Below are positions 54,426 to 64,000 of a stretch of 64,000 bases of DNA, one piece after another (position 1 is the first letter of the stretch; each line of letters opens with the position of its first letter). The stretch comes from Geosiphon pyriformis uo1 (lineage: Eukaryota > Fungi > Glomeromycota): assembly GCA_016748015.1 (NCBI GenBank), contig JAAOMT010000471.1, positions 36,606 to 100,605 on the forward strand, written 5' to 3'. The notes beneath the pieces are model-generated. The model had not been told where the DNA came from and made no database searches. It saw only the letters and a list, made by a program, of their open reading frames with translations. The translations under genes were made by a program, and so were the position numbers.

Positions 54426-55796
54426 TCAATTAAAAAAACGATTATCAGTGACCGAAGCTTCGACGTAACGAGTCTCCCATGAGCGAATTTTTCGATCTCG
54501 CCAGAACAACCCATTACCAGAGTTAATATTACTTTCATCAGTCAAAGAGAGAAAAGTGGCGGTATCAGCTCCTTCCTCTATAATATGTCAAAGAACAAAA
54601 AATTTTTCAATTTCAAGCTGATAAAGAAATAAATAAATTAATAATAATAATAACTTGCCAACAGTTCCTGGTGCATTTGGGGCAGCGTAATCAGTCATAT
54701 CAGTTTTTATATGACCGGGATCAACGACGTGAACATGAATTTGTTTTCCTTGAGCTGCCAATTCACGTGATAAAGCTTTCGCATGGGAAATAAGAGCGAT
54801 TTTGGAAACAACGTATGGCGATACATCTGTTCAAGATGATTTTCAAGTTAACATTAGATTCTCATTGCACAAAAAGGTTACAATAATTAAACCATATTTT
54901 AGCATACCACCGCTCGGCCACCCTTCACTGACATGAACCCCTTTTTCAACATCTTTTAAATATTTTTCGACTAATGTGTCAATTCCGGCGAGAGACAATT
55001 GTTCATTAGCGAACGCTTTTTGAAGTTTCTCAGATGAAAGATTAGGTAAAATTCCGAGAAGACTTCCCAAATGAAGAATTCTGCCCCCTGGATTCCGTAT
55101 AATTGGCAAGAAAATCTCGGTCACCTTTTGAAAATTAGAAGTGAAATAGCTAAACTTTAGTGAGCTAAACTTGAGTAATAAGAAAAAAACTAAAAAAAGA
55201 TTTATTCACCTTTTTCAAGGCGTAATAATTAGTCTCCAATGTTTCTTGTGCAATTTCTAGTTTATGATCGACGAAAATACGAGCTAAACACGATTTTTGT
55301 AAGTATATATCAAAAGTATTCCATGAATTAATTAGGTTCAATTATACTCACCGATACCAGCATTATTAATCAAAACATCGATGAATTTGTATTCATTTTC
55401 AATCACTTTTTTGAACTTCCTAATGCTTTCATCGTCGATAACATTTAGTTGAAAAAATTTAATTTCAACTAAGCCGCCATCAGAGACTAATACTCGATCC
55501 TTTTTTAATTCTGAGCTTAATTCTTGAAGAGCCAGGGTTCCACGTTCCGTATCTCGTGCCGTGAGATAGAGGACGAGTTTTTGAGAGGCTCCAGGCTGGT
55601 CACGAGCATATTCTTTAGCAATACCTTTAACTATTGCTTTACCGATTCCCTTATTCTGTTGAAATTAAATCAGAAAAGTTTAGAGTTAATTGCTTAATAT
55701 TTTGAAGGTTTAATACTAACTCGCTTAAAACAAAGAAAATTAAAAAGATCATACAGCTCCAGTTACGATAATAACGCGGGTGTCCTTTGCAACCAT
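54426..55796 (-). CDS. CBR1-like SDR, copy B (inverted paralog), 6 exons
   Basis: Same exon structure as copy A, with YVVSK, DPGHIKTDMTDYAAPNA and a C-terminal extension TRYVEASVTDNRFFN*. GC-AG intron at 54578-54658. Confidence 0.92.
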
Positions 55797-57894
55797 TTTG
55801 AGTCAACTTTACGAAATTTAGTTTTAGTCTAAGATATATTTTTTTGAAGAAAAAAGACCATTTACGCGATATCATTTTATAGTGATTAGATTATTGAATT
55901 ATCTCATAATAGAATCTTGTTTAATACTAATAAACCCTTTGATAGTTTCAAGAGAATACAAAATTTAACTATCAATAACATCTTTTGATAATTTCACAAA
56001 ATTTAATTACAAAAAACACTCTTCGATAGTATCAACAGAGAAAAACAAAAAATAATAATAGATAAATATAGTCCAAATTTGTAATTTAAAGACTGTGGGA
56101 ATTTTTGAAATATTAATTAGCTTTGCTGGGCTATCTAAAAGGTAAGACAAGAAGAAAAATTCCAGTCCTTAATCCTTCTAATTTTTGCGAATCCTGGCAC
56201 TTTTTCTCCACAACCACTTTTTTTATTTTTAGCATGTCCTCACAATATCCTTCATATTAAAAGCTCTATTTTCGATTTCTCTTTAACTCATTCGTATTAT
56301 CTTCTAATTTCTAAACCTTCTGAATATACTGATTAGATTTATTTACATTTTATTCACGCACTTGCCACGAGTTGATTCTTATTAGGTGTTCTGGTTGTAT
56401 TGGGGATCTCTAATAAACTATCCATAATTAGGTCTTCAAGATCAAACAATATTGTGCACCAACTAAATATTCATGCTCTTGTTTACAAAGAAAACTGAAT
56501 TATTTTATTTACTGGCCATTTTTTTTCAAGTAAATAAATAAATACTTTGAAAAAACTTCTGGCAAGTCTTTTATAATGTATAAACCTTTTAAATAATTAG
56601 TTCAAGAATTAAATTTTTCACTAATTATAATTTACATTTTAAAAAATATCAGCCTTCTTAAGAAAATCTTTCAACTTTTTATTTTGTAGATAATACAGAA
56701 ACGATGGTGCAATTTATCACGATACTGAATATAGTTAATATTCTTGCAAAATTTCAAATTTTATCGATTTTATCCAGGGATATTAAATATTGAATTTCTA
56801 AAAAATTCACCAAAAAAAGTTATGCGGAATAAATTCAATGATTATAAAGAAAAAAGATTCATTAACATTATTTTGTTATTTATATATTTTTTATGATTTA
56901 TTATGTTTAGCTGCCATAAAAATTTTCGGGAAATTCAAAAGAAGATTCGTTGATTTCCAAGATCTATTTATTTTCAATTTCACTTTATTTATAAAATGTA
57001 AAAACTTGATGCTATAAATATTTGAACAACTAAGCATTGTGAGAATTTTAATCGAATTTGCATTCTATCCTTGCAGATTACGCGTTTCGTCGAAACTTTG
57101 ATAACTGATAATCTTTTTTTAGGTGGTTATAAATTTTGAATGTAATATCCTAAAGACCTCATATGAATGCTACAGAAAAAAATTATAGGCGAAAAAAATT
57201 TAAACTACAATTAATTAATTATCTAATAATTAAATATTGTATAAAAATTTATCCTGAAAATCCACCAGAAAATCTAAATAACCTAAACTCATGAGGATCA
57301 AATTGTAGGCCAGACAGGTGAACCTAGATTGAAAAAAATTTATAAGAGGAATTTTGTTGGCTTAAAAAGTCTTTGGGGAGTTATTTGCTATTTTATAATA
57401 AAATATCACAACTTCATATCAATTTATGTTTGCTCGTTGTTATCAACATGGAGGACTTGTCATATAGCATATAAGAGAGGAAATCGCTGGGATAAAATTT
57501 ATTTTGGTTCAATAATCGGTCGTAAAAATAACCATTGTAAAGAATAAGACTAAAAGTTGAGATATTTAAAAGAAAGTTTAGATAAGAAAAGTTATTGATT
57601 AAAATATAGCTACAATTGCTAATAAAATTATTTCAAGAATTGTAAGAAATATTTTCATATTGCTTGCTAATATAATCTTTTTTTCGTTCATTCAACCATA
57701 CACTTCTGAGAAATGAAAATCTAATAAATTATTTAACCGCATCTTCAACTCCAACAAGAAAAAGGGTATCACTTTGATATTTCTTTCAATAATAAAATTA
57801 AAGTATTACTATCAATGTAATAGGGTTGAAAAATTGGGTCATTTTTAGTCCTCCCTAAATATTCGTTAGAGTTAGAAATTGTGATAAAACTGAT

Positions 57895-58500
57895 AACCAA
57901 GATCGGTAATTCGTTGAAAGGAATAATATATCTTAAATTTATGTTAAACTAGAAAAGGGAATAAAAACTTTAAATAATTATTTCCTTCATTGTTCCACTT
58001 CCCCCTAAAGTAAGTTAGATTTATTATTAGTAGCCAGAAAGGTTTGAGGCTAAAGAAAAACTAATTTCTTTTAAAGGAATAATTATAACTAAATTAAAGA
58101 ATACTATTAAACATTATAGTAATCAGAATGATTTCAAAGTTATTCGTGCATATAAACCATCTTCAGAGAAAATAAGATGTTGCAAAAAAGTGATTAGACA
58201 GTATATCATGTTTATAAGTATAATATAAAATTGCATTATTAGGTTTCTTTGTATTCTCAAACTTTAATGTTTTCATTAAAGTAGTGTTTAGTGTGCTGAA
58301 ATTTAAAAACTAAATAGCTTGGAGTTTTTCAATTATTCTGAAAACTAAAGTTAATATATGTAATAAAAATGACTTATAAGTATTTTCTTAAAAGTAAAGG
58401 GTCGACTCTTAAAAACCATTTAATGCTATCTCTCTGACTAATTTACATCGTACGGTGAAATTTGGAAAAACATTTTTCTGGGAATTTTTAAGTAAAAAAA
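57895..58500. repeat. Right arm of the inverted repeat (partner 53885-54390)
   Basis: See the left arm; this arm has extra insertions relative to it. Confidence 0.85.
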
Positions 58501-60860
58501 AAACCCATCACCTCTGTTAATTGGAATTAGAGTTTTTGCCTAATGTCATATTAAAATGTCTCTTGCATAGAGTTTTCACAGTTTTCTGTATGCCCCTAAT
58601 CTTTCCATAGAATTTACCATATCAAGCTCGCTCATGGTTGCACATTTCGTAGCCATTTTTTGGCGGGTAGATTTTTTGTTTACAACGAAGTTGATCAATT
58701 GATTAAGATAATTTCTATTGTTGTTCAGTTTGTTCAATTTCCACTCGCAAGGTAATGTTTAAATTTCAAAACTTGCGAGAAGTTTAAGATTTACAGATTA
58801 TTAACCTCCTTGGAAATCTTTGAGATACCTGAAGTGAGTTACCCCTATTTCTGCCTGCATAGATGAAGGGTTCATTCTTTTATTTCCTTAAGAAGGAATC
58901 ACCAGTGATAACCCGGAGCCTGCAATTATGATATTATTCTTGTATATCATTTAGTGTAATCTTCTTTTTTACTTATTCAAGAAAAGCTTCGCATCAATTT
59001 ATTTTATTAGAAACAAGCTATTTTATTTTTCAAGAATTTTTTACTTTTATCAAATCTGAGCCGCATTAAAAACCTTTGAGGGTTTGGAAGAAAATCCAGA
59101 TTTTTATTATTTGCTTACGAAATTTTAAATATCTATTATATTTTTCGTTCCTTCATTCATCAGTATCCCTATGTGAAAGGCACATGAAAAATTTTTCAAA
59201 GCTATCTAAAAAGTGACATATCTGCGGGTTTTCAGCGTGTCAGGGGCAAATGCAACATTTAGGAAAATCAGATGTGCATTTGTTTTCTTAAACAATAAAA
59301 ATACAATGAGACTCAAACTATTTAACAAATGATATTACCATTAGAATCTGTGTCAACAAAAATTTGTTTAGAAATTGCTTAAAGCAGAGTATATGAAAAG
59401 GAGCCTAGAGGTTGTACAAATTGTATCTCAGTATATAAAAAAGATTTACAAGAATAACTAATATAGTCCCAAAGTTAAAAGGCTTCAAGTTGTTTTATAA
59501 TTAATAAATTTTTTCATCAAAGTTTTGATTGAGAAATTTTCCAAGCTTCTTTAAAGAATTTAATCAGAAAAATTTTGTCAAACCATAAAATAAAATAGCA
59601 TCACATTATTTTTTGTGTCTAAGTAAAAACATCTACCCACGGGGCAAAAATATTAATTCCGGTTGTAAAATTACCGGAAAAGACAAATATCAAAAGAAAG
59701 AACGAATTACAATGAAGATTCGAGAAACAAGTTACATGTGATAATAAAACCAGCATTTTTTCGTTTGGGCATCTGAACGAACTGGCAATAATGTGGTTAT
59801 TATTTACTTAGATTTTTATGGAAATGTCTGGCAATCGTATCAACACAAATTAATTAGCCTTGATTAAATGAAGGTCAATCTAATAAGTGTTGAACCATAG
59901 TCTCTTTACATCGATGTAGTCAATAAAATAAACGAGCTACTCCCTATTGGCATAGATTAAAAAAAGATATTAGATAAGATTAACCTTTAAAAGGCAATTC
60001 AGATGAAATACTTCTGAGAATATAAAATAAATTGTAAATGATTTTTGGATAAAAAGAAGTGCATAAAAAACTGGTAAATTAACATATTCTTTAATTTTAT
60101 TATTATATAATAATCTTTTTTAATTAATGCTACACAATTTAGCTCCTGCATATGTATTAAACGATTTTTCGTATTAATCAAGATCTCTATTAATTGGATC
60201 TAGCAGATGCAGATTTTTTTATAAAGGCAAGTATCCTGGTATATCTGGCAATTTTATCAATCAAAATATCTAAACACTCACTGTTAATTCCAAATTTTCC
60301 CCTAAAAAGCGAAAATTATAAAAAAAACATTGAAAATTAAAATTCTTTCTCTTCAAACAAGGAATATACACTCCTTCGATTAGAAGTGGTTTGATTCGAA
60401 ATGCGACAGAAATTCGTCAAACTATTCCTCTTCATCAACCAAATGGTCAACCAAATTATGGCAAAATATAATTCTCGAAGGACAAAACCTCGATTTTAGC
60501 AGAAAGAAGGAATTGATGGAGTCATTCATCAATTGAATCATTGATAAAATTCAATATATATTGAAAAAGAATGGATGAGTGTTATTCTTGTTGATTTAAA
60601 AACTTATTCAAGAAGCTCAATCTAAAAACAAAAACTTTAGTGAAATATCTTAAATATGTTTAAAATTTTTAACATTAATTAATAATGAAATTATAATATT
60701 TTAACATAAATTTAAAGAAGATAATAATAAAAACAAGTTTTCACCTGTTAATAATATAAAAAACAGTTAATGGATTCTTTTAAACTTACTGCTCTCTGTT
60801 TATTATTATTCTAATATTAGAATTTAGAATATATAAACTCTGATGCTTTGTTTTCATGTA

Positions 60861-62169
60861 CAGTCATCTCCGAAATTAACGCCTGAATTTATTTTTTATA
60901 CAGTTTTAAATGTTTATTTGATTTATTCTAAACCTAACTTATATACATATAACTTTTTATATATATATAATTAATAGTGTGTTGGCCCTCCATTTGCTTC
61001 CAATACTGCTTCAATTCTTTGTGGCATTGAGTCTACAACCCGTTTCAAAACTGACATATTAAAACTTGACCATTCCTTCTTTAGAGCACTTTTAAGTTCC
61101 TCTATAGTTCTTGGAAAGTTTTCATGTTTTTGAATATTGTCCTTCATTATTTTCCACACATTTTCTATGGGGTTTAGATCAGGAGAACTGGCTGGCCAAT
61201 CCATAATCTCAATGTTTTTGTCTTTGAACCATTTTTTCGTAATTCCAGCATTATGAATAGGAGCATTGTCTTGTTGAAATATTGGATTTCTTGCTACTAA
61301 ATCATGAGTAACAGTAAGGAATGGTAAAAGATTAGTTTCTATAATCTTAAGATATGTTTTTGCTGTAATCTTTTCCGTTTTTTCCTTGTATTCATCACAA
61401 AATGTCAATGGACCTCTAAGTTCTCCAACAAAGCATCCCCAAGCCATTATTGATTGCCGACCACTTTTGAAGCTAGGTGTTAAGCATTCAATATTATATA
61501 TTTCTCCTATATGACGCCATACTTTAACTTGTCGAGATTTTTTGCCGATTTCTACACTGGTTTGATCTGAAAAAATTACCCATCTCAAAAAATAAAGGTC
61601 TTTATTTTGATATTTTTCGCACCAAAGAATGCATCCCTTTGCTTGTTTTTCTGAAATAAAAGGCTTTTTGCTGCAATATAACCTCGAATGCCATGGTTAT
61701 GAAGTACTCGACGGGCTGTGGTTAAACTGCAATTAAGCTTCAAATCATCAACAATCTCTTGTAGTGGTTTACGTCGTTTATTTTTAACTTTTCGTAAGAG
61801 AGCACTTTTTGTTTGGTTATTGAGAGCTGGTGGGCGTCCAGATCGTGGAAAATTTTCGATTTTCCCAGTCTTTTGATACTTGTTAATGAAACGTCTTATT
61901 GTTGTGGGATCACGCTCCATTTTTTTTGCGATTTGCTCAGCATTCATTTCTTCGAGATACGCGAGAATTTTTCCTTTATCTTCAGCATTAATAAAGAGCG
62001 AGTACGAGGCATATTTATTCCGATTTTTTTTCGCGTAATGTTTGAGTAGGTAATGGAGAAGTAAACGAATAAATTTTGGCCCAAAAAGTAATAACAAGGG
62101 ATTAAACGAAATGTATATGTTCGGGTACTTTGTTACACCAAAATCGGGCGTTAATTTCGGAGGCGACTG
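60861..62169 (-). mobile_element. Tc1/mariner (DD34E) DNA transposon, 1309 bp
   Basis: 26-bp TIRs cagtcatctccgaaattaacgcctga / cagtcgcctccgaaattaacgcccga with 3 mismatches, and TA TSDs at 60859-60860 and 62170-62171. Confidence 0.95.
60971..62012 (-). pseudogene. Tc1 transposase with frameshifts
   Basis: HTH region with RSGRPPAL; catalytic FSD, FQQDNA-x34-E (SPDLNPIEN), and C-terminal GGPTHY. Frame breaks occur just after ATG 62012 and in the AAKK A-run near 61670. Confidence 0.9.
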
Positions 62170-62241
62170 TATATATAAATATAGTATTACTATTTAGCTT
62201 GTTTAGAATACTGCCTAAAACTAGATAGGATTCTATATAAT

Positions 62242-62260
62242 CTGTCTCTTATACACATCT
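62242..62260 (+). other. Tn5 mosaic end / Nextera adapter sequence (probable library artefact)
   Basis: Exact 19/19 match to CTGTCTCTTATACACATCT. Confidence 0.93.
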
Positions 62261-62400
62261 TGTTATTAAGATACAGAAATAAATGTAGTTGATACTGTAG
62301 TCATACAGTGGAGTTTAACCTCATGCAAATTTGAAAATGACTAAAAATTTTATAAAAGAACAACTCCAAAGACATCAAAAATATAATCATTTTTTATAAA

Positions 62401-62652
62401 ATGGTTCAAAACAGTGAATTTCTGAGCTCTACCCAAGGTTCATATACCCTTTCAACAAACAGCGTATTAATTCGAGATGCAACGGAAATTGTTCAAGTAA
62501 CACCTCCGAATCAACAATTAAACAATCAACCAAATGGCCAATTAAATAATGGACAAATTTTAATTGTTCAAGAGCAGAACCTTGATTTTAGTAAAAAGGA
62601 GGAATTGATGGAGCCTACATTTCACTTTTCGTATATGCCAAGTATTCCTTAG
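62401..62652 (+). other. Small ORF or gene 3' fragment with a decayed paralog at ~60360-60525
   Basis: LIRDATEIVQ...NQPNGQ...QNLDFSKKEELME matches LIRNATEIRQ...HQPNGQPN...QNLDFSRKKELME at 60390-60522. Confidence 0.4.
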
Positions 62653-64000
62653 TTTATCCCTCTTTCATATCTGATAACCTACTTTCAAGGATTAATGACT
62701 TTCATAATGAACGTGATAATATCTAAAAGTTTCTTCTTATCTCCCCTAATATTCTTTAAGAACATTAATAATTAAGAATATGATTAAAAGTTTCATATTT
62801 TTAGACACGTTAAGTTATGATAAAGCACTTGAGATACTTCCATTTCATATCTCTTTATTTTTATTAGCGAATGTTTTCATTCAAGGTAGTGTTTAGGTTT
62901 CAGTAAAATCGAATAACTAAATAACTTGAAGTTTCGAAGCTCACTAAAATTATTATGAAACTATAATAGTCTATAGATGTTTTTTCTAAAGTAATTCACT
63001 TCATTCATGTAACCTACTTATCACTTTGGTAATGGTAAATTCTTCAGGAAATAGAAATTTAAAACCAAACATATTAAACTTTAATAGTAGTGAATATAAT
63101 TAAACTAATAAAGACTCATGAAATATCCAAATAAAAAATAATATCTTTACTTTTATTTATTCATATCATTAATCACAAAAAATTTTCATTGCTTGAACAG
63201 CCCATTTGATTTTCATTGACTTGAAAATTCAAATTTTATTTAAAGTTAATTATTTATTTAATCAAACTATACTAAAAATTTTTAATAATACCTTGCTCAT
63301 CAAGATTTTCGAATAATTCCAAGAAAAACTTCTCTTTTTAAGTGTATATGACCTATCCTTTCGCTTGAATAATCAAATTATGAGATCACGTTCAAAAACT
63401 TTTATTTTTTTCCTTCACTTAAATCTTTGTGAAAAAACTAGCTCAACAAATTGTCTTTTCAAGATCCTGAAATCGCCATCTTGAATGCTCTTGAACAAAG
63501 AACCTAAATAATCGATGGCCCGAGAAGAATTACCGAAACTTTCTTTTTATTAATCACATAAGCGGAAATTAATAATATTTTTTTTAAACAGTTTTTTTCA
63601 ACCCAATATAGCTTTAAATTGTATCAAGACAGATCTAATGCAAAACTTCCTTATCTTTCGCATATCATCACCGACGATCATTTTCCAAATATATCTAATT
63701 AATTAATTTACAATTCCAGGGTTAAATAATAATAAAAATAAATTCGTAAAAACTTCATTTAAAACTGAAGCCAATTTTTAATTAATAATTTGCCCAAATT
63801 TATATCTTGAAATAATTGATAATTTTGCAGGTGCGTCTTATTTTATATATATAATACAATTTAAAATTAAAAAATATCTATTTAATGTATTTCTGCTTTT
63901 ATCATTTCAAAATAGCTCCAAATAGTTTACAAAGTTTATTAATTTAAAAGTATTTTTTATATTCCAAATATATTTAGAAATTTTTTTTTTTTTTTTTGTT

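Noticed and set aside
62242-62260. Horizontal transfer of a bacterial Tn5/IS50 element
   Set aside because: The sequence is the engineered mosaic end, occurs once, and has no IS50 transposase or partner end nearby.

Overview
This is AT-rich eukaryotic DNA with short spliceosomal introns. The gene families (TKL-type kinases with an N-terminal CxxC..CxxC, Sel1 repeats, class-3 lipase) point to a Glomeromycotina fungus; it looks Geosiphon-like, which is my inference from recalled protein families, not a search result. Positions 1-19.3 kb are nested, decayed retroelements. A full-length ~10.2-kb Ty3/Gypsy element (LTRs 873-1757 and 10147-11033, TSD ACAT) is inserted in a LINE ORF1, next to an older inverted related LTR and a second, RNase-H-bearing LINE. 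The Gypsy element has an odd layout: gag-PR-[Cys-rich domain]-dUTPase-[dUTPase-like]-RT-RH in one frame, integrase as a separate ORF, and an extra ORF3. All of these retroelements carry near-exclusive C->T/G->A hypermutation, which is RIP-like. Positions 19.5-24.2 kb hold Sel1-kinase and PD-(D/E)xK pseudogenes. The rest holds apparently intact genes: a TKL kinase, a cytochrome P450, a PTGR-like NADP oxidoreductase, a class-3 lipase lacking its catalytic Ser, a pseudokinase, and an inverted pair of CBR1-like SDRs. There are also pogo and Tc1 relics, a near-complete DD34E Tc1 element, and a perfect 19-bp Tn5/Nextera mosaic end at 62242-62260 that marks a probable assembly artefact. All coordinates and splice sites were read by hand; relic boundaries are approximate.
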